In this document: one piece after another, positions 1-9,113 of the stretch | Position numbering within the stretch: the stretch's first letter is position 1 | Layout: each line of letters begins with the position of its first letter | Assembly: GCA_965658655.1 (NCBI GenBank) | Contig: CBFHTA010000001.1 | Span: 114,507-178,506, forward strand | Direction of reading: 5' to 3' | Source: Candidatus Babelota bacterium | Lineage (GTDB): Bacteria; Babelota; Babeliae; Babelales; CAIQNR01 | Length of the DNA: 64,000 nt | Notes under the pieces: model-generated | Database searches by the model: none | Told to the model about the DNA's origin: nothing | What the model saw: only the letters and a program-made list of their open reading frames with translations | Program-made: the position numbers and the translations under genes

Positions 1-742
1 GCAATAAGTTTACTCGAGGGTGCTTATTAGCAAGCTCTATTACTTCGTAAGGATCAATCCCAATACTATAAGCCATAGATGCAACTTGATGAGAAACCGC
101 AATATTTACATCTCGATAACTATTTTCAACAAGCTTGATCATTTCAGCTGTTTCAGCATTCGTTAAATATAAATCGCCACTCACAAAATATTTATAAAAT
201 GATGCAACGCGACGAGTCGACCCTCTATCTAAACCACCAATAACACGATCGTTAACTTTTAATTCATGGAAAATATTTCCCGGCAAAACTCGTTCTGGAC
301 AATGTGCCACAAAGAAATCTACACCAAAATCAAGACCTGTTTTCTCAGCGAGAAAGTTCGAAAGGTTTTTTGTAGTTCCTACAGGAACGGTCGACTCTAG
401 AATAACAGTGTCGCCCTTTTTCAATACACTTGAAATTGAAGTTGCCGCCGAGAAAACAAAGGATAAATCAGCTTTTTTATCTTTAGTAAAAGGAGTAGGC
501 ACAGCAATAATAAAGTAATCTGCCTCTTCATAAATCTGAGAAGCTTTAAATGATTTTTTACTTAAAACATTGTGAAGCTTCTCTACAATCTCTGGTTCCT
601 CAATAACTGGGCAACATTTATTGATACAGTCAATGCGATCTCCATCAATATCAACTCCTACCACTTCGAGCCCCGATTCCGCTGCTACAATGGCGGTAGG
701 TAGTCCAATATATCCCAGACCCACAACACACACTTTCTTCAT
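1..742 (-). CDS. wecC: UDP-N-acetyl-D-mannosamine / UDP-sugar dehydrogenase, N-terminal part (3' end beyond window start)
   Basis: Absent from the ORF track because it is open at the window edge. Minus-strand translation from the ATG at 740-742 gives MKKVCVVGLGYIGLPTAIVAAESGLEVVGVDIDGDRIDCIN..., a GxGxxG Rossmann start typical of the UDP-glucose/GDP-mannose dehydrogenase family (WecC/Cap5O-like). It lies 10 nt downstream of wecB on the same strand. Confidence 0.75.
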   Translation of the reverse strand, partial: MKKVCVVGLGYIGLPTAIVAAESGLEVVGVDIDGDRIDCINKCCPVIEEPEIVEKLHNVLSKKSFKASQIYEEADYFIIAVPTPFTKDKKADLSFVFSAATSISSVLKKGDTVILESTVPVGTTKNLSNFLAEKTGLDFGVDFFVAHCPERVLPGNIFHELKVNDRVIGGLDRGSTRRVASFYKYFVSGDLYLTNAETAEMIKLVENSYRDVNIAVSHQVASMAYSIGIDPYEVIELANKHPRVNLL

Positions 743-752
743 TGCTTCCTCT

Positions 753-1931
753 CTATCTAAAGTGTTTTTCTCGAACTCTTCCCAAAGAAGAAAGGTTCGC
801 GGCAGCAGACAACTTTATAATATGAACAATTTTTTGAGCTGCATATCCATCACCATAAATTGTTCTCCGCACAGTCGACGTTTTTTGTAACAAAATTTCA
901 TATAATTTCTGAGAAAAGAGCCTTGGGTCTGTCCCAACAATCCAAGCTAACCCTTCCCAAACTCCTTCCATTCGTTCGCTTTTTTCACGCAGAATTAGAA
1001 CCCGCTTCCCCAAACTTACCGCTTCTTCTTGAATGCCACCGGAGTCGGTTGCCACAGCATCAGCATGCAATAATAAATAAACCAAATCTTTATAGCCTAC
1101 TGGTTCAGTTAAAAATACATTTCCAACATCTTTGAAATTAATTTTCTTAAGAGCTTGTGTTACTGCTGGATTTGGATGATAAGGATAAATGAATAACACA
1201 TCAGGATTTTCAAGCGCAAAATCTTTGAGTGCCTTTATCATACGTTCAATACCGCCATTAAACGATTCTCTTCTATGCATGGTGAAAAGCACAATCTTTT
1301 GCTTACTTATCTGTGCCCCTGCAATAGCTCTCTCAATATCTGAACGAATTTTTAAAGTTCCTGAATTAATTTTTTCTTCAACAATGCGTAAAGCATCTAC
1401 CACTGTATTGCCTGTGCAAAAAACAGTATCTCGTGAATTTCCTTCTGCAAGTAAATTAGCCGCAGCTGCTGTAGTTGGAGCAAAATGATATCTTGCAAAA
1501 AGACCTAAAGCAACACGATTGAATTCTTCGGGATAGGGAGAATGCATATCACCCGTACGCAAACCTGCTTCAACATGGCCAACCGGAATTTGTTTGTAAA
1601 AAGCACTTAAGCCTGCTGCCATGGTTGTAGTAGTATCTCCATGCACAAGAACTAATGATGGTTCTACCTTTTCAAAAAGCATTTTCATCCCACTCAGCAC
1701 TTGCTGAGTAACATGAAACAAATCTTGGTTTTTTTGCATAACACCCAACTCAACGTCTGGTTTTACGTCAAAAATCTCGAATACTTCTGTTAATAAATTT
1801 TTGTGTTGAGTTGTTGAACAAAGAAAAACAGGAATCGAAGCTTTCTTTAAAGCAAAATAAACTGGCATCATCTTGATACCTTCAGGACGCGTTCCTACTA
1901 CAAGCATTACTGGAGCTGCTGTTTGATGCAT
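753..1931 (-). CDS. wecB: UDP-N-acetylglucosamine 2-epimerase
   Basis: 392 aa. VVGTRPEGIKMMPV, LVHGDTTTTMA and HVEAGLRTG motifs are typical of non-hydrolysing UDP-GlcNAc 2-epimerases. Confidence 0.9.
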   Translation of the reverse strand: MHQTAAPVMLVVGTRPEGIKMMPVYFALKKASIPVFLCSTTQHKNLLTEVFEIFDVKPDVELGVMQKNQDLFHVTQQVLSGMKMLFEKVEPSLVLVHGDTTTTMAAGLSAFYKQIPVGHVEAGLRTGDMHSPYPEEFNRVALGLFARYHFAPTTAAAANLLAEGNSRDTVFCTGNTVVDALRIVEEKINSGTLKIRSDIERAIAGAQISKQKIVLFTMHRRESFNGGIERMIKALKDFALENPDVLFIYPYHPNPAVTQALKKINFKDVGNVFLTEPVGYKDLVYLLLHADAVATDSGGIQEEAVSLGKRVLILREKSERMEGVWEGLAWIVGTDPRLFSQKLYEILLQKTSTVRRTIYGDGYAAQKIVHIIKLSAAANLSSLGRVREKHFR

Positions 1932-2086
1932 TGACTACTCCTTCACGCATCATTTGTACTTCAACTTCTTTTCTTAATCGAATAACAATAGCACATATCC
2001 GATGGTTGGCAAGCAAAAAAGATTTAAAAAAATGCACTTTATGATTAGACTATTTTAATGAACAGATCAAAACAAAGGACCAAAGA

Positions 2087-2587
2087 ATGAAAATACTTTA
2101 CGCTCCTTGGCGAGAAGATTACACAACCTCTTCTGCACGGAGCACAGACAATAAAGAATCATGCGTATTCTGCGACCAGCTGAGAGATCAAGACGATGAA
2201 AAACACTTTATTGTTACCAGGTTTAAACATTGCTATGTCGTATTAAACCGCTATCCCTATAATGGAGGGCATCTCCTCGTTCTCCCGCTTGAACATACTC
2301 AAAAACTTTCCGCACTTTCTTCAGAAGCCCGCACAGAACTCATGGAAGTTGTAACTCACTGCTCAACTATCCTAGAAAAAGAACTTAATGCACAAGGCAT
2401 TAATATTGGGCTTAATCAAGGCAAAGCTGCAGGAGCAGGTTTACCCTCTCATCTACACTTTCATGTTCTCCCTCGCTGGGCTGGAGATACTAACTTTTTA
2501 CCCACATTAGCTCAAACAAAAACCGTATCGGTTAGCTTAGAAGATCTTTATAATAAGCTTAAACCTCACCTTGACAAGCTTAAATAA
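2087..2587 (+). CDS. HIT-family nucleotide hydrolase/transferase
   Basis: 166 aa with the histidine triad HLHFHVLPRW, plus N-terminal APWRxxY and CVFC, as seen in the Ap4A-phosphorylase-like HIT subgroup. Confidence 0.8.
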   Translation: MKILYAPWREDYTTSSARSTDNKESCVFCDQLRDQDDEKHFIVTRFKHCYVVLNRYPYNGGHLLVLPLEHTQKLSALSSEARTELMEVVTHCSTILEKELNAQGINIGLNQGKAAGAGLPSHLHFHVLPRWAGDTNFLPTLAQTKTVSVSLEDLYNKLKPHLDKLK

Positions 2588-2674
2588 GTTTAAAAAGGGT
2601 TTTTTACTTATTTGCTCCAATACCGTATACTAGACAAGGTATTAAGTGAGAAATCTTATTTGTGAGGTTATGGT

Positions 2675-3487
2675 ATGAAATTGTATAAATGCATTCTTAT
2701 GGTACTTTTAGGCGGTACCTTAAATATTAATGCTCGTATTCCTAAAGAAGTCGTTGAAAACATGACCTCTTCGCATCGATGTGAAGCAACAAATGCTGCT
2801 TTTTCTTCATTTGATTCGGCCCTACAAAAAATGGATCCTTTTCCCCTAAGATCAGGCCCCCTGAATCTTAACACCCATAAAAATATAAAGACTGCCTTAA
2901 ACGGCCTCTCAAAAAAAACTGATTCTAACTCCTTTAGGGAACTCCTTTCTAAAACAACTGAATGGTCAATCGAAAACCTTACTCCTGTTATTGCTGAAAT
3001 TCGAAAAGACATAACTCCAAAAATAGAACAAGCAAAAACAGTTTTAGTTTCAAAGTTACCCACAGCAGAATCTATAAGCACAATAGGTAAAGAAATATCT
3101 GAAAAAGCTATTGAAAATCTCACTCCTGTTATTACTAAAACTCGCAAAGACATAGCTCTGAAAATAGAACAGGCAAAAACATTTCTAGCCGCAAAAATAA
3201 CTCAAGTAGAAGCTCTTAAGAACGCTGGGGAAGCAACAAATGAAGTTCCCTCTTCTACTAAAATGGAATGCGGAAGTCTTGAAAACAAACTATCAGACTT
3301 CAAAGAAGCATTCGAAAAATTAGAACCAAGTGCAGAGAAAACTTCTAGCTCCAACAGTCGTTTCTGCGATATTTTAAACAATCGCTGGACGATAAGTGCT
3401 GCTGTAGTTATCGGCATAATTATCTACACAAGATACAAATATAAAAAATCACAAAGACAACCTGAAGGGGACGACTATGGACTATAA
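2675..3487 (+). CDS. hypothetical type-I membrane/secreted protein with 47-aa tandem repeat
   Basis: N-terminal hydrophobic signal (LMVLLGGTLNINA), internal repeat IENLTPVI..RKDI..KIEQAKT x2, and a C-terminal TM segment AAVVIGIIIY followed by a basic tail. Preferred over the antisense ORF 2668..3153. Confidence 0.55.
   Translation: MKLYKCILMVLLGGTLNINARIPKEVVENMTSSHRCEATNAAFSSFDSALQKMDPFPLRSGPLNLNTHKNIKTALNGLSKKTDSNSFRELLSKTTEWSIENLTPVIAEIRKDITPKIEQAKTVLVSKLPTAESISTIGKEISEKAIENLTPVITKTRKDIALKIEQAKTFLAAKITQVEALKNAGEATNEVPSSTKMECGSLENKLSDFKEAFEKLEPSAEKTSSSNSRFCDILNNRWTISAAVVIGIIIYTRYKYKKSQRQPEGDDYGL
2969..3185 (+). repeat. in-frame tandem duplication, period 141 bp (about 1.5 copies)
   Basis: atcgaaaaccttactcctgttattgc... 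at 2969 recurs as attgaaaatctcactcctgttattac... at 3110. Confidence 0.6.
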
Positions 3488-3845
3488 AATTCTTTCAGCA
3501 TTCGTTCTATTAACAACGCCAAGTGTAATGTTGCCTAAAATGTCGTGCACTCAAGTTGCAATACATAAAAAAGGTTTTGATGCTGCTTTTAAAAAATTCA
3601 AAAAAAAGCAAGAGACATCTGTGGCCAAAAAAGCCCTACAAACATATACTGCTCACACTCCTCTAACTTACATAGACTTTAATGAACAAAATACTACTCA
3701 TCCACTACTTCATAAAACAGAGATAAAATCTCCTTTAAGTATTTTATTAAAAGCATTCAGTGCAACTCTAGACATAGTGAACGATCCCTATCTTCGTCTT
3801 TTTGCTGTCATAGGTTTAATAGCCTATGCACGAAACAAAAAATAA
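3477..3845 (+). CDS. hypothetical small protein with signal peptide and C-terminal TM anchor
   Basis: 122 aa. Hydrophobic N-terminus, C-terminal LRLFAVIGLIAYARNKK. Overlaps the upstream gene by 11 nt. Confidence 0.45.
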   Translation: MDYKILSAFVLLTTPSVMLPKMSCTQVAIHKKGFDAAFKKFKKKQETSVAKKALQTYTAHTPLTYIDFNEQNTTHPLLHKTEIKSPLSILLKAFSATLDIVNDPYLRLFAVIGLIAYARNKK

Positions 3846-3862
3846 ATTTCTTAAATTTAGGG

Positions 3863-3899
3863 GGTCTAGATAAGATTTTTCTTATCTAGACCTTTTTCT
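3863..3899 (+). terminator. Rho-independent terminator
   Basis: Perfect 12-bp stem ggtctagataag / cttatctagacc with a 6-nt loop, followed by tttttctt. Confidence 0.6.
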
Positions 3900-3980
3900 T
3901 AGTCTATTGCCTTTAAGTTTCAAAATTGCTAAATCTAAAAGAATGTATTCTTTCATTCACATAAAAAAGGAGATCTTGCA

Positions 3981-4370
3981 ATGAAAATAGATACAGACCT
4001 AAAGAATCTCGTGCTTGTAATCGCTGTTGCTGTACTTATTCCTATGACAGTTAAATACGGCATCAAAGCATTCTCTCCAACTCCACGCCCTACAAACCAC
4101 ACACAACAGATTTTCTACGCTAAAATGGCTATTGGTGCTGCATGTCTTTACGCTGGAGCAAAAATGACTCCTGCTGTAATGGGTACTGGTGTATTCATTG
4201 GGGGTCTTGCTCTAATGCTTAAAGGAGTACGTTGCTACTGGCCACACTTAGATTCTAAAATGCAATTCCTATTGCTATTATTAGGTCTTTGCTTGGTTTA
4301 CTTCCTGATTCAACGTAAACACGGCGGAATGGGTGGATTGCGCAAAGTAGGCCGAGGACGCAGAAAATAG
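3981..4370 (+). CDS. hypothetical multi-pass membrane protein with Gly/Arg-rich tail
   Basis: 129 aa with 3-4 hydrophobic segments and a C-terminal GGMGGLRKVGRGRRK. Bracketed by terminators. Confidence 0.55.
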   Translation: MKIDTDLKNLVLVIAVAVLIPMTVKYGIKAFSPTPRPTNHTQQIFYAKMAIGAACLYAGAKMTPAVMGTGVFIGGLALMLKGVRCYWPHLDSKMQFLLLLLGLCLVYFLIQRKHGGMGGLRKVGRGRRK

Positions 4371-4394
4371 CTTTCTGTTTATCTAGAGTTTAAA

Positions 4395-4421
4395 GGACCC
4401 TTTCCGAAGGGTCCTTTTTTG
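4395..4421 (+). terminator. Rho-independent terminator
   Basis: ggaccctt tccg aagggtcc hairpin followed by a T6 run. Confidence 0.7.
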
Positions 4422-4447
4422 TTGCTTGCACACGTTTGTGCTATACT
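4419..4447 (+). promoter_or_regulatory. candidate sigma70-type promoter for alaS (extended -10)
   Basis: TTGTTG (4419-4424), 17-nt spacer, TATACT (4442-4447), with TG at 4439-4440 giving TGcTATACT. Confidence 0.35.
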
Positions 4448-4488
4448 AGTACGGTTAATATAAACAATTGTATCTGGATGGGAAGCCC

Positions 4489-7080
4489 ATGAAATCGTTG
4501 GATATCCGTAAAAAATTTTTTGATTATTTTGTTAAGAACGGCCACGAACACGTTTCAAGTTCATCATTAATTCCGGCCCAAGACCCAACTCTTTTGTTCA
4601 CCAATGCTGGAATGAATCAATTTAAAGATTGTTTCCTTGGAGACGAAAAGAGAAGCTATACCCGTGCCACAACCATCCAGAAATGCGTGCGTGCCGGCGG
4701 CAAACATAATGATTTAGACAATGTAGGGTTCACCAAGCGTCATCTCACTTTTTTTGAAATGATGGGTAATTTCTCATTTGGCGACTACTTTAAAAAAGAA
4801 GCTATCCCCTTTGCATGGAATCTTTTAACCAAAGGATATGGTCTTAACCCGGATAATCTTTATGTCTCTGTCTATAAAGATGACGATGAAGCTGCTGAAA
4901 TTTGGGAGAAAGAAATAGGTATACCTAAAGAACGTATTTATCGCTTTGGCAAAGAAGATAACTTCTGGCAAATGGGAGACACAGGACCCTGCGGTCCGTG
5001 TACCGAAATTTTTTATGATACACGCCCACAAAATAAGCGCGATAAAGCTCCCGTACAAGAAGATTTTGATTCAGGGGAATTACTCGAAGTTTGGAATCTT
5101 GTATTCATGCAATACAACCAACAAGAAGATGGTTCTTTTATAGAATTAGATCAAACTGGTGTTGATACTGGAATGGGGCTTGAACGTATCGCCTGTGTGT
5201 TACAAGGCAAAGATAATGTATACGAAACAGATATCTTTACTCCTATTATTGCAGCAACAGAGAAACTAACCGGAATAGAATATATAAAACAAGATGCTCA
5301 AACTAAAGCAGCTTTTCATGTTCTAGCAGATCATATTCGTTCTGTTTCTTTAATTATCGCAGATGGTGCATCTCCTTCTAACGAAGGACGTGGATATGTT
5401 TTAAGAAAAATCATTCGTCGTGCAGCTTTGTTTACTCAAAAATTAACAAATAAAAACATCTTTCCTGAAGTGGCAAAAACATTTATTCAAGAAACAGCCA
5501 ATATCTACCCCGAACTAAAGACCAATGAAAAAATAATCATTTCTCTTTTAACTACTGAAATCGAACAGTTTGCTCACAACTTAGTTAAGGGTCAACAAAT
5601 CTTAGATAGCTTTTTTAAGAAACAAGAAAAAGATACGGTCATTACCGGTGAACAAGCATTTAAATTGTACGATACCTATGGATTCCCTCTTGAAGTTACT
5701 ATTTTAGCCGCCCAAGAAAACGGCTATTCTGTTGATGCTGATGCATTTAAAGAATGCATGGAAGAACAACGAAAACGTTCTGGGAAAAAAATGAAGCAAA
5801 CAGAGAAAAAAATAGAACTACCAGAAAACATTAAAACTGAATTTGTGGGATACCAAGAGATTGTCACTGATTCAAAAATTGTAAGCTTAATCGTTGACGA
5901 TCAAGCAACAGACTCAGTTGCTGAAGGTAAAGAATGTTGGATTATCACAGAAAGATGCCCATTCTTCCCAACCATGGGTGGACAAGTTGATGATACAGGA
6001 ACAGTTACCATTCATGGGAAAACAGTTGCTTTTACTGCACTTAAAAAAATTGGCCCTGCGATTGCGATAAAAATTAAATCGCCAGTAGCTTGCAAAGTAG
6101 GTGATACAGTAAGCCAACAAGTGGAAGAACAAATTCGCAAAGACACCATGAATAATCACACGGCAACTCACTTACTTCAAGCGGCTCTCATAGAGTTACT
6201 AGGCAAGCAAGTCAAACAATCTGGTTCTGTAGTTAACCCTGATTACCTCCGCTTTGATTTCACCTACCACAAGAATTTAACTTCAGAAGAAATTAAAACA
6301 GTAGAAGACCGCGTTAACGGAATCATTAGAGATAATATTGTCGTTGATATTTTTGAAACCTCCCAAAAAAAGGCACTTGAGCGTGGGGTTCTTGCAATTT
6401 TTGGAGAAAAATATAATCCAGAAAAAGTACGCGTTATTGATGTACCTGGTTTTTCAGCTGAACTCTGTGGAGGAACGCATGTTCCATCTACCGGAGTAAT
6501 TGGCGCCTTTAAAATCACCGAAGTCTCTGCACTCTCTGCAGGTAATCGTCGTATTTTTGCAGTTACCGGACAAAAAGCTTTAGAGTTAATGCAAAGCAAC
6601 TTCAATACAGTAAAGACTTTAAGCCAAGAATTTAAAGTAAAACCAAATGAAGTTATTGATACAATTGAAAAACAAAAACAGCAACTTCTTGAAGCGCAAC
6701 AGCAAATAAAAATCCTTAAAAGAAGTGTAATTGACTCTCAAATCCCACTGTGGCAAAACAAGATAGAAGAAATCAATGGAGTACCATTCTTATACCTTGC
6801 CCTAGAAAGCTATGGGGCAGATGAGTTAAAAGTTATTGCAGAACAGCTTCAAAAGAAAACTCCTGGTTTCTATGTACTTGCCAGCAACAACGAAAACAAA
6901 GCTGCATTCTTTGCTTCACTCGCACCAGAATTTCAAGACACAATTGATATGAAAACATTTGCAACATGGTTAAAAGATGCAACTGGGATTCGTGGAGGCG
7001 GAAAAAAAGGAACCCTCCAAGGTGGAGGTCCAAAAATCACTAAAGATCTTACATCTCTTATTAAAGCAGGGCTCGCATAA
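4489..7080 (+). CDS. alaS: alanine--tRNA ligase
   Basis: Full-length AlaRS: FTNAGMNQFK, catalytic core, editing-domain HxxxH (NNHTATHLL), C-terminal DHHA1-like GGG motif. The ORF opens at TTG 4468. The first ATG at 4489 gives the canonical MKSLDIRKKFFDYF start. Confidence 0.95.
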   Translation: MKSLDIRKKFFDYFVKNGHEHVSSSSLIPAQDPTLLFTNAGMNQFKDCFLGDEKRSYTRATTIQKCVRAGGKHNDLDNVGFTKRHLTFFEMMGNFSFGDYFKKEAIPFAWNLLTKGYGLNPDNLYVSVYKDDDEAAEIWEKEIGIPKERIYRFGKEDNFWQMGDTGPCGPCTEIFYDTRPQNKRDKAPVQEDFDSGELLEVWNLVFMQYNQQEDGSFIELDQTGVDTGMGLERIACVLQGKDNVYETDIFTPIIAATEKLTGIEYIKQDAQTKAAFHVLADHIRSVSLIIADGASPSNEGRGYVLRKIIRRAALFTQKLTNKNIFPEVAKTFIQETANIYPELKTNEKIIISLLTTEIEQFAHNLVKGQQILDSFFKKQEKDTVITGEQAFKLYDTYGFPLEVTILAAQENGYSVDADAFKECMEEQRKRSGKKMKQTEKKIELPENIKTEFVGYQEIVTDSKIVSLIVDDQATDSVAEGKECWIITERCPFFPTMGGQVDDTGTVTIHGKTVAFTALKKIGPAIAIKIKSPVACKVGDTVSQQVEEQIRKDTMNNHTATHLLQAALIELLGKQVKQSGSVVNPDYLRFDFTYHKNLTSEEIKTVEDRVNGIIRDNIVVDIFETSQKKALERGVLAIFGEKYNPEKVRVIDVPGFSAELCGGTHVPSTGVIGAFKITEVSALSAGNRRIFAVTGQKALELMQSNFNTVKTLSQEFKVKPNEVIDTIEKQKQQLLEAQQQIKILKRSVIDSQIPLWQNKIEEINGVPFLYLALESYGADELKVIAEQLQKKTPGFYVLASNNENKAAFFASLAPEFQDTIDMKTFATWLKDATGIRGGGKKGTLQGGGPKITKDLTSLIKAGLA

Positions 7081-7490
7081 TGTCTCGAGGAAAAGACCGC
7101 GCAGGAATTATTATTGTTCAAGATGATCAAATACTTCTTATGTACAGAAAAAAAGGAAATACTGAATACTTTTGTATTCCTGGTGGGCATATAGAAGACG
7201 GAGAGGATCCTGAAACAGCTGCTATACGAGAAATAAAAGAAGAAACTACACTTGATGTTGAGCTAACAGATTTTATGGTAGAACTAGAAAACCAAGGCAG
7301 AAAAGAAACCTACTTTCTTGCTAACCACTTCTCGGGAACACCAAAACTCAGTGGGGAAGAAGCAGATCGCAATTCTGAAGATGACGCTTTTGCATTAAAA
7401 TGGATACCAATAGCATTGCTTTCTAATCTTTTGATTTATCCAGAGCAACTTGGACTTAATCTGGCCCATATCATTAAAAGTCTTAAATAA
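7080..7490 (+). CDS. NUDIX hydrolase
   Basis: Nudix box GGHIEDGEDPETAAIREIKEETTL. The ATG overlaps the alaS stop (ATAATG). Confidence 0.85.
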   Translation: MSRGKDRAGIIIVQDDQILLMYRKKGNTEYFCIPGGHIEDGEDPETAAIREIKEETTLDVELTDFMVELENQGRKETYFLANHFSGTPKLSGEEADRNSEDDAFALKWIPIALLSNLLIYPEQLGLNLAHIIKSLK

Positions 7491-7498
7491 TCTTTAAA

Positions 7499-7822
7499 CT
7501 ATTTAAGATTCCTTATACTGTTAAATATATCATCGGGTGTAGAACCACTTTTAATATTATTTACAATCTTGTTAAGGAAAGCTTTTTGGCTTGCACTTGA
7601 AAGCTTTTCGTCTTCAATTTGAAGATAAAAATCTTGAGCTTGGTTAACTGCTTTTTTATAATAGCGCGGTTCATTATTATACCATTCTTTATATATGGCT
7701 TGATATAAAGAATGGTATGATGATTCTTTAATAACATTAATATTAGTGGTTGGTTGGCCTGCATAAGCAAACGATCCCGACAACGCAAATACTAGAATAA
7801 CTAAATTTATTGAATTCTTCAT
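7499..7822 (-). CDS. hypothetical secreted protein
   Basis: 107 aa with signal peptide MKNSINLVILVFALSGSFAYA. No recognisable domain. Confidence 0.5.
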   Translation of the reverse strand: MKNSINLVILVFALSGSFAYAGQPTTNINVIKESSYHSLYQAIYKEWYNNEPRYYKKAVNQAQDFYLQIEDEKLSSASQKAFLNKIVNNIKSGSTPDDIFNSIRNLK

Positions 7823-7907
7823 TTTCCCTCCTTTGATTTACTCCACATTAAACCTCATAGAGAAAGTATACCAAATGACTAGAGGGTGATACAATAATCA
7901 GAGAGCT

Positions 7908-8423
7908 TTATGCTTCTATTAAGCTTATTGCTTCTTCGATGAGCTGATCAATTTGCACAGGATCTTCTTGAAAGTTACTTAGGACGTAATCAGCAACATC
8001 TTCTTTATTTTCAGGTCGCCCTACTCCAAAGCGAATACGCCAAAAATCTTGCCCGCATGCTGCAATAATAGATCGGAGACCATTATGTCCACGATGGCTT
8101 CCACCTTGACGAATAGCTATAGAACCAAACTTTTTTTCTAGCTCATCGTGAACCACCATAATATTTTCAGCATCTATTCCTTTCTTTTGTAAAAAAGAAA
8201 TAACTTGTCCTGAACTATTCATGAATGTTTGCGGCTTTATCAAAATAACTTTTTTGTTATTAAGCTGTATCTCTGCAACATGCATTAAAGGCTTTTCTGC
8301 CCACGAAGCCCTATGACGTTCCGCGAGAACATCAAGAACTTTAAATCCAATATTATGACGATTTTTTCTATACTGATGGCCAGGATTGCCCAAACCAATA
8401 ATTGCTTTTATGTTCTTTTCCAT
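7908..8423 (-). CDS. pth: peptidyl-tRNA hydrolase
   Basis: IIGLGNPGHQYRKNRHNIGF and GGSHRGHNGLRSI motifs. The ORF extends to 8468, but the ATG at 8423 (MEKNIKAIIGLGNPG) matches the normal Pth N-terminus. Confidence 0.9.
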   Translation of the reverse strand: MEKNIKAIIGLGNPGHQYRKNRHNIGFKVLDVLAERHRASWAEKPLMHVAEIQLNNKKVILIKPQTFMNSSGQVISFLQKKGIDAENIMVVHDELEKKFGSIAIRQGGSHRGHNGLRSIIAACGQDFWRIRFGVGRPENKEDVADYVLSNFQEDPVQIDQLIEEAISLIEA

Positions 8424-8497
8424 GCTCTGTCTACTACTAATAAAAAGAGCCGATGGATATAAATCCATCAGCTCTTCATTATCCGAATTAAAACTTC

Positions 8498-9040
8498 TTA
8501 GACAACTTTTGGTGCCTTTGTTGTTCTGTTCAACTCTGCAATAATTTGATCTGTTTTATCCAAAGATTTATGAACATACAATTTGCCTTGTTTATGATCT
8601 ACTTCTGTAAAACCAAGTTTTTCACAAATTTTCCCAACCATCTCCATAAGTTCTTTTTGAACTTCAGCTAAAATCGTTTGTGCTTTTTGCTGAAACGCTT
8701 GTTGTTTCATCTTAAGCTCTTGTTCCATTTTCCCCAGATTTTGTGCTTGTTGTTGCTTCATGGTGTCGCTCATTGTAGACATTTTTGCTTGAAAGTCAGC
8801 AACTGCTGTTTGGAATGCTGCCGCACCCTTTTCTATTGCTTGTCCTTCAGGGTCAAGCTTTGCCTTGATACTTTCCTGTTTTTTCTTAAAGTAATCTGCG
8901 GTAGTTGCAACTTTTTCTACATCCACAACAGCTCTTTTTTGCTGCATAACAGAATTTTGAGCCGCTACTTTTGCGTTAATTGCTACTGTAGAAAGCAACA
9001 GTGAAATAGCTAGAAGCTTTTTAAAATTGTTCATGGTCAA
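8498..9040 (-). CDS. skp: OmpH/Skp-like periplasmic chaperone
   Basis: 180 aa. Signal peptide, then a long Q/K/E-rich coiled-coil arm of typical Skp size and composition. Confidence 0.7.
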   Translation of the reverse strand: MTMNNFKKLLAISLLLSTVAINAKVAAQNSVMQQKRAVVDVEKVATTADYFKKKQESIKAKLDPEGQAIEKGAAAFQTAVADFQAKMSTMSDTMKQQQAQNLGKMEQELKMKQQAFQQKAQTILAEVQKELMEMVGKICEKLGFTEVDHKQGKLYVHKSLDKTDQIIAELNRTTKAPKVV

Positions 9041-9113
9041 TCCTCATGAATTTACAGTTAAACTTTTTATCCCTGTATTATTGTGAGCAGTTTAACCAGG
9101 TTGTCCTAAAACG

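Noticed and set aside
621-1488. Plus-strand ORFs 621..890, 860..1135 and 1189..1488
   Set aside because: They are antisense to the strongly supported wecC and wecB genes. Their products are low-complexity with no motifs.
2668-3153. 161-aa minus-strand ORF overlapping ORF 2675..3487
   Set aside because: It is antisense to a plus-strand ORF that has a signal peptide, an in-frame repeat, a C-terminal anchor, a downstream co-oriented partner and a terminator. The minus-strand product has no such features.
8678-9004. 108-aa plus-strand ORF inside the skp-like gene
   Set aside because: Shadow of a Q/K/E-rich coiled-coil gene. The product is Leu/Cys/Phe-rich nonsense.
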